From Octopus sinensis (Eukaryota), in assembly GCF_006345805.1 (NCBI RefSeq), contig NC_043009.1:59086001-59150000 (forward strand): DNA of 64,000 bases, written 5' to 3'. Below the pieces are notes generated by a model. That model was given only the letters and a program-made list of their open reading frames with translations. It ran no database searches and had not been told where the DNA came from. Shown here piece by piece: positions 39,410 through 51,500 of the stretch (positions are counted from its first letter, which is position 1; every line of letters starts with the position of its first letter). The position numbers and the translations under genes are program-made.

Positions 39410-40000
39410 GTATGTATGTATGTATGTATGTATGCATGCATGCATGTATGTATGTATGTATGTAAGTATGTATGTATGTATGTATGTATGTAAGTATGTA
39501 TGTATGTATGTGTGTATGTGTGTATGTATGTATGTATGTGTGTGTGTATGTGTGTATGCATGTATGTATGTATGTATGTATGTGTGTATGTGTGTATGTA
39601 TGTATGTATGTATGTGTGTGTGTATGTGTGTATGCATGTATGTATATATGTATGTATGTATGCATGCATGTATGTATGTATGTATGTATGTATGTATGTA
39701 TGTATGTATATATGTATGTATGTAAGTATGCATGTATGTATGTATGTATGTGTGTATGTATGTATATATGTATGTATGTAAGTATGTATGTATGTATGTA
39801 TGTATGTAAGTATGTATGTATGTATGTAAGTATGTATGTATGTATGTATGTATGTAAGTATGTATGTATGTATGTATGTATGTAAGTATGTATACATGCA
39901 TGTATGTATGTATGTATGTATGCATGCATGCATGTATGTATGTATGTATGTATGTATGTATGTATGTATGTATGTATGCATGCATGTATGTATGTATGAA
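39214..40000 (+). repeat. ~790-bp (GTAT)n array followed by a cryptic CA-rich tract to ~40650
   Basis: Read directly. Confidence 0.97.
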
Positions 40001-40782
40001 TGTATGAATGTATACGTTCATACATGTATGTGTGAATTCATATATGGGTTTATGCGTGTGCACACACACATACATACACACACACGTGTGTGTATGTACC
40101 TTGCACTCATAACCCCACGCATATACGTATACACAACCGCATACACACACATATACACACGCACATACACGCGCACACACAACTCCATACATGCAGTCAC
40201 AACTACACGCACATACAAATAAACACTCACACGCATACACGCGCAGAAAATACACGCACATATACCTTCCCACACAACCCCTCATTCACACACATGCACA
40301 CACACACACACATACATACACATGTACACATGCACATACATTCACGCGCACACACGTATATACACACTCACACACATACGCAAACACGCACAAGCAAATG
40401 AACCCACACATACATACCCACATCATACACACACAAGATACACTCATACATACACGCACACAATTATACATACATGAACACAGACACGCACATATAAGCA
40501 CACACACAGAGTAACTTACATTTACTCCACAGACAGAACACCCACACAACCATACGCGTACACATATACCCACACGTACACGCACAGACACACACTGCAA
40601 ACAAAACACACACACACACAACATATGCATACACGCACGCACGCACACATACTTCAAACTACCATTTAAACACCTTTCTACTGACCATTCTTCTACATAC
40701 ATGTGTAGGGAGACACACAACAGACAGCCACTCCTGCCAAAATTCTTACTATAAATTCTTCTTACGACCTTAAGCAATACTA

Positions 40783-41192
40783 GTCCAACGAATTTTGAAC
40801 GAGGAACTACGAATGCCAAGAGTTGCTGCAAATTTTGTACCTAACTTACGCATGGAAGGAAGTTCAAAAGCAGTCACGACTAATGCGTGTCATGAACCGA
40901 AGGAACTGTTGGAAGTTCATCCGGGCCTTTATTCGAAGGTCATCACTAGTGACGAAACACGGTGCTACGAAATTTGCAGACGTGAAAGAGGTGAAGAAAA
41001 ATACGTCGGAGGCTTTAAAGGGCACCACTTCGCAAGAGTTACAGCACTGCTTCGAAGAGTGGAAAACGCGTCTGGACCGATGCATTGCTTCTCATGGGGA
41101 ATACTGTGAAATCGATAAAAGTGTAAGCATGTAAAACTAATAGAATAATATAATATTGTAAAATTCTGGTTTCTGTTGTGTACCCCTTCGTA
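40783..41192 (+). mobile_element. Internally deleted mariner with a right TIR
   Basis: QRILNEELRMPRVAANFVP..LYSKVITSDETRCY joined directly to KFADVKEVKKNTSEALKG..WKTRLDRCIASHGEYCE; right end AATTCTGGTTTCTGTTGTGTACCCCTTCGTA then TA. Confidence 0.88.
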
Positions 41193-41926
41193 TATATGCA
41201 AGAGTATTGGCATAAAAGGTGTGAATATTAAATGTTGAATAATTATTAATCCACTCAGTGATGTCAGCTATGACTGTCGTCTGCTGTTTCTTGTGGTCCG
41301 AAAACTTTACTTTCTCCCATGGTAATAGTGTTGATGGCTGAGAAACCAAATCGTCATACGAAACAGACATTCTTTTAAATGGGACGGAAGAAATGTTGGC
41401 GTACCTGATTGTCGCAATTGTTGTTGTTGCTGTTGTTGTATCTTGCGTTCTTTATATATTCTTCAATTGTTCTTTTGACTACAATAAGATCAGTTCCGGT
41501 GGTGACGAAATGACGGCAGCTGGAACTGTTCTGGGCTTTAGTTTCTCAAGTTTTTGTCTCAGTTCCAGATATTTTGTAGCTTGAAATTAGTTGGCCTTCG
41601 TAATTGAGGAAATGATATCTTTGTGGCTGTCTTTGTTCCCGGTAGTTAATTCACTGAAGGTGATTTCACGATGAAATATCTCTTCTTTCACAAGTGCTAG
41701 TCATCGCAGCCGATGTTTTATCATGGCGGAATCCATGCTTCAACAGTTCACCTTTTCAAGAACATTAGACTATAAAACACACCGAATATAAAACACATTC
41801 ACACACACACACAGAGGCGCACACACATACACACACACACACGCACACACACACACATAAACACACATGCATACATACGCACATATATCCACGCGCGCAT
41901 ACGTTTATGCATTCAAGCATTCATAC

Positions 41927-41965
<39 letters not shown>

Positions 41966-41994
41966 TATATATGTATATACATATGTATATATAT

Positions 41995-42033
<39 letters not shown>

Positions 42034-42059
42034 GCACATAGATAGATAGGTAGATATAC

Positions 42060-42094
<35 letters not shown>

Positions 42095-42131
42095 AGATGC
42101 AGATATGTATATATATACATATATATATATA

Positions 42132-42196
<65 letters not shown>

Positions 42197-42414
42197 ATAT
42201 ATATATGTATGTATGTCCGTGCATGTATGTCTACTTGCTGTGTTGTATAGGTCTATGTATATATTTGTATGTGTGTACGTAACCGTAAAACGCCTGTGAT
42301 CAATACATCAATATTTATGCAGATCAATTTTATACGAGAGCACTTACGTAATATGGCATAACCTAATGACTGTATGCACTTCAATATATAGGTATATACG
42401 CTTATATCATTCTT

Positions 42415-42445
<31 letters not shown>

Positions 42446-42819
42446 TACCTTGTACCTAAGGGTATTTCTCTATATGTGTTTATGTGTTTATACGTATGCG
42501 TCTCTGTGATATACATATGTACGTACGAATGAATATAAAATTGTGATGGTATTTCGTGTTCCTCTCTGTCTGAGCATGTACTTATGCCTAAGTATGATAA
42601 TGAGTGATAATCTATGTTTGTATTTTGTATATATGTGTGTCCCTTATATGCAGTTTCTGTACGGTTAATGTACGGCGTGTGATTTTGTCTGCGCCTGCGT
42701 GCTTAATGGTAAATATAACATTCCGTAAGCGTGGTTCTATGTGTGTCACTTCTAGGTCAACATATATTTAATAGCTGTATTATTTTACTCTTTTGAGTAA
42801 AATAATACAACTTTTTTTT

Positions 42820-42950
42820 ACTTGCTTCAGTCATTTTCACTGCGGCCATGCTGGAATGCCGCCTTCAAGAGTTTTAAGCAAAAAAAATCGACCCCATGAT
42901 TTATTTTTTAATCCTTGTACTTACTCTATTGATCTCTGTTTGTCTACCTA
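42820..42950 (-). mobile_element. SINE family A 3' fragment
   Basis: TTTACTTGCTTCAGTCATTTTCACTGCGGCCATGCTGGAATGCCGCCTT...ATCGACCCC. Confidence 0.75.
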
Positions 42951-42966
42951 CCTACCTACCTACCTA

Positions 42967-43066
42967 NNNNNNNNNNNNNNNNNNNNNNNNNNNNNNNNNN
43001 NNNNNNNNNNNNNNNNNNNNNNNNNNNNNNNNNNNNNNNNNNNNNNNNNNNNNNNNNNNNNNNNNN
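42967..43066. other. Assembly gap (100 N) between (CTAC)n and (TA)n
   Basis: Exactly 100 N, a common placeholder for a gap of unknown size. Confidence 0.99.
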
Positions 43067-43120
43067 ATATATATATATATAATATATATATATATATATT
43101 ACATACATATATATATTATA

Positions 43121-43158
<38 letters not shown>

Positions 43159-43492
43159 TGATAATACACACACAAATACTCGCGTCCATGTCAACATGTG
43201 TTTCCGAGTTATACCGGGAAGTAGCTGATTAAACCTAGGGAACGCATACTGAGAAACTGATCTCTGGGGAGATCTCTGATCTCTGAGGAATGTTACTTGT
43301 GGCCCTTTCTATTAGACCTGACGTCCATCCGACACATTTCTGACAGCTCTTTTTGGTTTTTACATAATTTTGTTCACTATCATGGTATACTACAAGATGA
43401 TCCTTTGGTAAAAGTCTCTTTCTAAAGGTGGGGCAATGGGACCATGAAAATGGTGTGTCTTGATTGCGTGGCTAATAAATTTCAATCAACAA

Positions 43493-44080
43493 TATTATTT
43501 TCTACTCTAGGCACAAGGCCCGAAATTTTGGGAGGCGGGACCAGTCGATTAGATCCACCCCAGTATGCAACTGGTACTTAATTTATCGAACCCGAAAGGA
43601 TGAAATGCGAAGTTGACCTTGGCGAAATTTGAACTTAGAACGTAAAGTCAGATGAAATACCTATTTCTTTTCTACCCATAAGGGGCTAAACACAAAGAGG
43701 ACAAACAAGGACAAACAAGGGGATTAAGCCGATTATATCGACCCCAGTGCGTAACTGGTACTTACTTAATCGACCCCGAAAGTATGAAAGGCAAAGTCGA
43801 CCTCGGCGGAATTTGAACTTAGAACGTAAAAGGCAGATGAAATACCTATTTCTTTACTGCTCACAAGGGGCTAAACACAGAGAGGACAAACAAGGACAGA
43901 CAAACGAATTAAGCCGATTATATCGACCCCGGTGTGTAACTGCTACTTAATTTATCGACCCCGATAAGGATGAAAGGCAAAGTCGACCTCGGTGGAATTT
44001 GAACTCACAACGTAACGGCAGACGAAATACGGCTACGCATTTCGCCCGACGCGCTAACGTCTCTGCCAGCTCGCCGCCTT
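43493..44080 (-). mobile_element. SINE family B trimer (head, three modules at 185-bp period, tail)
   Basis: GAAATAC anchors at 43654, 43839 and 44024; head ends CCAGCTCGCCGCCTT at 44080. Confidence 0.93.
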
Positions 44081-44422
44081 ATATCTGCCATTATATTATT
44101 TGATTCACACTTCCCTTTTCCGCTAAGTGATATTTTTAATGATACTTAGAAGTTCCGAGTGTTACTGATTTCAATTTCCCTCTTCAACATAGACATAAGG
44201 ACATTACTTAATAGGAATAACCTTATAGTAAGTTACAGTTGCATCGCTGTGATGAAAAAATAATTTATAATCCTTCTAAATTAACTGAGAAATACTGTTT
44301 CCAGTATTAGTAACATGTGTACACTAAATCAGCCATACAATATTGAAGGATCTCTCTCTCTCTCTCTCTCACCTATATATATAATATATATATAATATAT
44401 AATATATATATATATATATATA

Positions 44423-44786
44423 AAGTACAATCATCACGTAAGTGACTAAGGGTGCAAATCATCACCAGCATTGCTAGATTGCTAGAAACAAGAGTCAAAA
44501 CAACTCTACGCCACGAGCAAGCACTTATCTAATGACTAACAAGAGAGACAAGCTCGCTAACACAAGTCAGATTGAGCCAGATCATCGATGATTTCGGATT
44601 TGATTAATCCTCATCAGCGACACTAACTGAGTTGCCACAGGCTAAACTTAAGTCGCCTAGTTGTCATTTAATAGAAAATACCACAGTAATCAGAGACTGA
44701 TTCCGTAAAATGGTAAATTGAAAAATATAAATTATTAAAGTGGCTATTCGCAATTTACAACCAAAAGGCACAAGTACAAACATCAC
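44423..44786 (-). mobile_element. Candidate retrozyme monomer or solo Penelope-like pLTR carrying the hammerhead
   Basis: 15-bp direct repeats AAGTACAATCATCAC (44423-44437) and AAGTACAAACATCAC (44772-44786), 349 bp apart; no ORF of note; flanked by (TA)n and (CA)n. Confidence 0.5.
44567..44630 (-). ncRNA. Type I hammerhead ribozyme
   Basis: Minus strand reads TCAGTTAGTGTCG-CTGATGA-GGATT-AATCA-AATCC-GAAA-TCATCGATGA-TC/TGGCTCAATCTGA: complete CUGAUGA and GAAA core, 5-bp stem II, palindromic stem III, AUC cleavage triplet, imperfect stem I. Confidence 0.85.
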
Positions 44787-44817
44787 TACAGTATACACAC
44801 ACACACACACACACCCC

Positions 44818-44899
<82 letters not shown>

Positions 44900-44996
44900 T
44901 GTATTATAATATATCAAAATAATATTTTATTTTCAGATCTGAAGCGATAATTTGGAAATAGAAACCTTTCGCGTTTGTTTGTATATATCCTATGTA

Positions 44997-45031
<35 letters not shown>

Positions 45032-45749
45032 TATATATATATAGAGAAGAGAGAGAGAGAGAGAGAGAGACATACCCGAAGAAAGCATGAATAGTGTGTG
45101 ACAGCACTATTTTTCTGTAATGGTTATTATATTTGGACAGCTGTACTTTAGTCGTACAACTTCAATTTAGACATATGAATGACGTTTTTTTACAAGGTTG
45201 TCCAAATGCATCTGGTTGGTGTCGTAAGAACTGGAATAGAAATGGGATTTATGTAAAGTATAGATAACTCACATACCATTATAATACCCTTCTTAGGAAA
45301 TGTCTGCTATCTAAACGTCAGATCTGGAATTCTAATAACGTGTCGCCACTTTCATTGGTACTTATACTAAAATACAATATATTTCCATCAAATGTTTCAC
45401 ACGCCTCTTACAACTATATCTTGACTTTCTACATAACTGAGTGGTTTTCTGTATTATCGTATTCCAGAACGCTCCATGCGCAATGCTTAGTAATGAAGTA
45501 GATGTAATCATTTGCCCGTGTGCATATATCCACATATCCACACATGTGTGTATGTAGATGTATATATGTTCATACATGCATATATTTCAATACTGTGATA
45601 TTTTCCCATCTATTGCACATGTGAATTCTGCTTCATTTTCTTTTAATATTTTCCCTTTAGTTCCACTGCGCGGCACATTGGGCAAAGGATTTGTATTAAA
45701 GCCAGCGACCTACTAGGGTTTTGTGAGTGAATTTCTTTGACGAAAACTC

Positions 45750-45887
45750 TTGCTTACCAACCACATACTTCTGGGTTCCTTCCCACTGCGCGGCACCTTG
45801 GGCAAGTGTCTTCTACTATAGCCTCGGGCCGACCAAAGCCTTGTGGGTGGATATGGCAGACGGAAACTGAAAGAACCCATCCTATAC

Positions 45888-45946
<59 letters not shown>

Positions 45947-46228
45947 GATGTACGTTTATGTATGTATGTATGTATGTATGTAGGTATGTATGCATGTATG
46001 TATGTGTGTGTATATGTTTATGTGTCTGTGTTTGTCCCCACCAACATCGCTTGACATCCGATGCTGGTGTGTTTACGTCCCCGTAACTTAGCGGTTCGGC
46101 AAAAGACGGCGATAGAATAAGTACTAGGCTTCCAAAGAATAAGTCATGGATGGGGTCGATTTGCTCGACTAAGGGCGGTGCTCCAGCATAGCCGCAGTCA
46201 AATGCCTGAAACAAGTAGAAGAGTAAAA
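45750..46228 (+). mobile_element. SINE family A (A box missing), preceded by a degenerate partial head at 45661-45745
   Basis: Both pieces share the variant CCACTGCGCGGCAC. Confidence 0.9.
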
Positions 46229-46640
46229 AACGTAAAAATAGTATAATAAATATCTGCGCTCCTCGCCACGGCCATTGTTATATATTTCTCTTACACTTCA
46301 TCCTCACAACTGCTTTAAATTAACTTCGACATTTTGTCCGCGAATAATACTATTTCTCATTTATTTTGTAATTTTTCAATAATTTACTGTAAATATAACA
46401 AGTTACGTCCCTCTCTACACACCCCAGTCTGCCCCACATTAGGATATAGTCTGAAATACGTTGAAAGAAAATTTTTTTATGATTGTTTAATTAATTACAA
46501 GCTTAATATCTTGATTGCATATGAAACTTTTTCGATATTTATTCTATAAACGAACACATAAATGAGTGTATGTCTGTGTATATGTGTGTGTATATCTACA
46601 TAATTACATGTGTCTGTGTGTGTGTGTGTGTGTGTGTGTA

Positions 46641-47160
46641 CACAGGGTTGGCCAAAATACACCTGGCAGTAAATCAAAACCATTTAATTCGAAGATTTAT
46701 TTATGATTAACGCTGAATGAATTGAATAAAGGCATCAAGATATGAAACATCATGAAACTTGTGGAAAACTGAAGTCCTTCTTGAGGGACACATTTTCCCA
46801 TTCGAGCCAATAGAGAATTACAGATAATATTTATGGAATTTTGATTCACTTTGAGGAGCTTAATACTGCTGCCACCCAGATCCCGGCGGTTAGTATATTC
46901 TTTCCACTCAGATTCATTTCCGGGTGGCAAACTGAAGACCCAAGCCCTCGTTTACTTCTTCCCACAATAAGTGGGAAGGAACCAAAATTTCCTTGCCCTC
47001 CAAGAGCTAGCTCGCACATTTGCAAGCTTTTTCGGGGACCGTTGCATATTTGATCCCCCGAGCGATAAACTTAATGGTTGGCATATAATCTGCCAGCTCT
47101 TTTTCAATCATTTCTTTCTGGAAGACGGCTAGGGTGAGTAAGTTCTCAACACCACCGTCT
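46641..47160 (-). mobile_element. Degraded Tc1/mariner-superfamily 3' part with a terminal repeat
   Basis: TA-CACAGGGTTGGCCAAAATA end at 46639-46659; minus strand ICNSLLARMGKCVPQEGLQF resembles a transposase C-terminal helix; weak counterpart TGTTTTGGCCA near 47394. Confidence 0.4.
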
Positions 47161-48194
47161 TCCTTTCAAATTCTTCTAACCATTTTTGGGGAGGTATTAT
47201 TTCTCATTCTGTACATGTTTTTTTTACCATGTGAAAAATTAAAAGTTCTAAAGACAGTCTACAAATAAAGAAAAAGCAAAAATAAAGTCTTAACAAAAAT
47301 GAATAAAAAATAAAATAAACAGCTCGATATAGTGTTTTACAAATGAAAGACAGAAGAAGAAAACCAGAGTTCAAAATACAGCAGAAACAAATATGTTTTG
47401 GCCATACGGTTCTCCCAGCCTTCACAGTATTTTCTCAATTCTTGTCCAATTCCTGGAAATTGTCTTTTTTTTCTTCAAAAAAAAAAAATTCCACGAAGTT
47501 ACAGGTTAAATTGGAGGCGGAACACACCTCCAAACACAATTCTCACTATTAAGTGGGTAAAACACACTGCTCTACCGCAGGCAGACCGATAGCTTAGAAT
47601 CCAGTGAGGACTCCTTGCTTGTACAAAAAAATAAATCTCACAAACAACGGACCCCACTGGACCCAAAATGCAAAAAATCTTACAGTAGAGCCTCTTTCAA
47701 TTACAATTTTCGTCCGCTGCACACTAGCATAACGACTTCCAAAAGTGATTGAAGAACACTGAATTACCGGAACCGGAAGCGAGCTTCTCACAACACAACA
47801 ACGTTTGTATATATATATATATATATATATTTATAAATACGTATATATATACATGTATGTATGTATGTACATATATATATATATTGTATATATATATGTA
47901 TATATATATACATATGTATATATATGTATATACATATGTATATATGTATATATATATATAGTGTGTGTGTGTATATATATATGTATACATCTATACACAT
48001 ATACATATACACACATATATAAAGAGCAATTATCAATTGGGGAAGGGACTCAATAGAAAAGCTAAGTCCTATTGTTTGCTAAGCTGGATTTTACTGGCGT
48101 CGAAGTTTTGAGAAACTGCTTCTGGTAATATTCTGAAAAAAAAAACATTTTCATTCCATGTATCTCATAAACACACGAGCGTAAACGCACGCAC

Positions 48195-48225
<31 letters not shown>

Positions 48226-48782
48226 ACACACACAAATGAACATAAACACACCCGACACGTATACACACGCATACCTATACATATATGTGACCGTGTCTAA
48301 CTATGGTTAGTTGTGTGTGTGCGTGTGTGTTTGTGTGAGTGCGTGCTATATATGTAATTGTAAGTGTGTGTGTGTGTGTGTGTGTGTGTTGAACGTGTGC
48401 ATGTGTGTGTATTTACACATATGTACATATATTCTAACCTACTATTTACTATATTGATCAAGTTTTTCCTTATATACATTATTCATTCAGTTGACTAAGA
48501 AAATAATTTGTTTCGAGGATTAGGCTTGCGTGTGTTTGTGTGTATGTGTGTGTATGTATATGTGCGTGCCTGCGCGGGCGTGTGTGTGAATAGTTCTGAG
48601 CAATATTTGTGCCCCTCGCTAATTTAAATAATACATTTTGTTACGCAGAAAAGGAGAAACCTTAGATATCTGAAAAATCTACCTCCGACGAATGACTCTA
48701 ACGGTCGAAATATCACACTTCCTGTGGGCCTCGTTTATAAATAATTCATTGAAATTTAACAGCTTTTCGCATGTAATCACCT

Positions 48783-49095
48783 GGTGCTCCTGTTTCGACC
48801 ACAAGCATTCAAGGTGATCTGATCAGCGGAACAGAGTGTTCGTGAAATTAATTTACAGGTGCCTGAGCACTCTAAGACAAGCATGCCCTAACGGGGTTCT
48901 CAGGGAGATTCAGAATGAGACATAATGTGAAAAGCTGGACACTTTGAAATACCAGCACTATTCATTTTTGCCATCTATATGGACTGAGGAAGGTAAAATA
49001 AAATATCTTGCCTAAGGACACAACGCGCCGCCTGAAATCGAACGTGCAGCTTAACATATCGAGTATCGATTACCCTACCCTTGAGCCACACGTCT
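48783..49095 (-). mobile_element. SINE family D (CORE-like), copy 1 within the duplication
   Basis: Minus strand GTGGCTCAAGGGTAGG (A-box-like), GTTCGATTTC (B-box-like), GTTGTGTCCTTAGGCAAGATATTTTA (CORE-domain-like). Confidence 0.7.
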
Positions 49096-50305
49096 AAACT
49101 TTGCATGTAGTAATTCCTGAATATAGAATATAGAGACCATCACTACTGTCTTCTTAGTGGACTGCGTGACTTGTTAAGGTACAGCATTTTGGCTACTGTG
49201 AATATGAACTACAGAAAATCAGAATTATAAAGAACTTTTGAAAACGTTCTAAAGATCGCAAGAATAAGCACTGCCTGTGTATAATCAAAATTTTATTTCT
49301 GAAAGAGCAAATTCACCTTGTCACAAGGATTGGTGGCTGCTATAATTCCTACCATCGATGTTGTTCTGTATCAAGTCAGCAGTGAACCTGCAACCTATGT
49401 CTGTTATTTCTTCCTGCTTTTTTTTTATTTCCGATATATTGTATCTAGGACTAACTAGGACTCAACCGATTCTTTCATGTTTTTTTTTCTTAAGAAACGG
49501 CTGGGTCTGATGAGGTTTGATGTAACGGAAAATGTGAATCATATTCCGGGTGGTTAAAGTAACCGCGTAGGAGCTCTTCTCCCGACTAGGGAGGTCTGGT
49601 AATATCGTGTAAACATTCGATTGCTCAACCACGAAATGAGACGAGTGGCTGCAAAAGTTTAGACACTGGCGTTCTGGCACAGTTAATATTACACGTTTTA
49701 AGACAGTATTTTAGGCACTAGAGACAAACACACACACACACTCACACACACACACAAAACCAAACATAAACACACCCGACACGTATACACACGCATACTA
49801 TACATATATGTGACCGTGTCTAACTATGGTTAGTTGTGTGTGTGCGTGTGTGTTTGTGTGAGTGCGTGCTATATATGTAATTGTAAGTGTGTGTGTGTGT
49901 GTGTGTGTGTGTTGAACGTGTGCATGTGTGTGTATTTACACATATGTACATATATTCTAACCTACTATTTACTATATTGATCAAGTTTTTCCTTATATAC
50001 ATTATTCATTCAGTTGACTAAGAAAATAATTTGTTTCGAGGATTAGGCTTGCGTGTGTTTGTGTGTATGTGTGTGTATGTATATGTGCGTGCCTGCGCGG
50101 GCGTGTGTGTGAATAGTTCTGAGCAATATTTGTGCCCCTCGCTAATTTAAATAATACATTTTGTTACGCAGAAAAGGAGAAACCTTAGATATCTGAAAAA
50201 TCTACCTCCGACGAATGACTCTAACGGTCGAAATATCACACTTCCTGTGGGCCTCGTTTATAAATAATTCATTGAAATTTAACAGCTTTTCGCATGTAAT
50301 CACCT

Positions 50306-50620
50306 GGTGCTCCTGTTTCGACCACAAGCATTCAAGGTGATCTGATCAGCGGAACATAGTGTTCGTGAAATTAATTTACAGGTGCCTGAGCACTCTAAGA
50401 CAAGCATGCCCTTAACGGGGTTCTCAGGGAGATTCAGAATGAGACATAATGTGAAAAGCTGGACACTTTGAAATACAAGCACTATTCATTTTTGCCATCT
50501 ATATGGACTGGAGGAAGGTAAAATAAAATATCTTGCCTAAGGACACAACGCGCCGCCTGAAATCGAACGTGCAGCTTAACAATCGAGTATCGATTACCCT
50601 AACCCTTGAGCCACACGTCT
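50306..50620 (-). mobile_element. SINE family D (CORE-like), copy 2 within the duplication
   Basis: Duplicate of 48783-49095. Confidence 0.7.
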
Positions 50621-51303
50621 AAACTTTGCATGTAGTAATTCCTGAATATAGAATATAGAGACCATCACTACTGTCTTCTTAGTGGACTGCGTGACTTTGT
50701 TAAGGTACAGCATTTTGGCTACTGTGAATATGAACTACAGAAAATCAGAATTTATAAAGAACTTTTGAAAACGTTCTAAAGATCGCAAGAATAAGCACTG
50801 CCTGGTGTATAATCAAAATATTTATTTCTGAAAGAGCAAATTCACCTTGTCACAAGATTTGGTGGCTGCTATAATTCCTACCCATCGATGTTGTTCTGTA
50901 TCAAGTCAGCAGTGAACCTGCAACCTATGTCTGTTATTTCTTCCTGCTTTTTTTTTATTTCCGATATATTGTATCTAGGACTAACTAGGACTCAACCGAT
51001 TCTTTCATGTTTTTTTTCTTAAGAAACGGCTGGGTCTGATGAGGTTTGATGTAACGGAAAATGTGAATCATATTCCGGGTGGTTAAAGTAACCGCGTAGG
51101 AGCTCTTCTCCCGACTAGGGAGGTCTGGTAATATCGTGTAAACATTCGATTGCTCAACCACGAAATGAGACGAGTGGCTGCAAAAGTTTAGACACTGGCG
51201 TTCTGGCACAGTTAATATTACACGTTTTAAGACAGTATTTTAGGCACTAGAGACAAACACACACACACACTCACACATATGTACGATAGAAATGTACATA
51301 TAA

Positions 51304-51305
51304 AA

Positions 51306-51354
<49 letters not shown>

Positions 51355-51359
51355 CAGAC

Positions 51360-51427
<68 letters not shown>

Positions 51428-51500
51428 GAAGCTAGCGAGAGAGAGAGCGAGAGAAAGAGAGAGAGAGACACACAGACAGAGATAGAGTGAGAGAGAGAGG
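51304..51500 (+). repeat. (GATA)n then (GA)n
   Basis: Read directly. Confidence 0.96.

Larger units (their letters stand above)
48205..51277 (+). repeat. Tandem segmental duplication, two ~1.52-kb copies joined in (CA)n
   Basis: CATAAACACACCCGACACG at 48241 and 49765; GCACTAGAGACAAAC at 49715 and 51244; near-identical throughout. Confidence 0.97.

Noticed and set aside
39115-40285. Long HTYI/MYVC ORFs (also 11965-12493 and the many IYIY ORFs)
   Set aside because: Translations of (CATA)n, (GTAT)n and (TA)n; no coding evidence.
49505-49545. CTGATGA..GAAA motif (also 51035, 11932, 6932 and minus strand 16815-16850)
   Set aside because: Stem II closing pair, stem I or the H17 position fails in each case.
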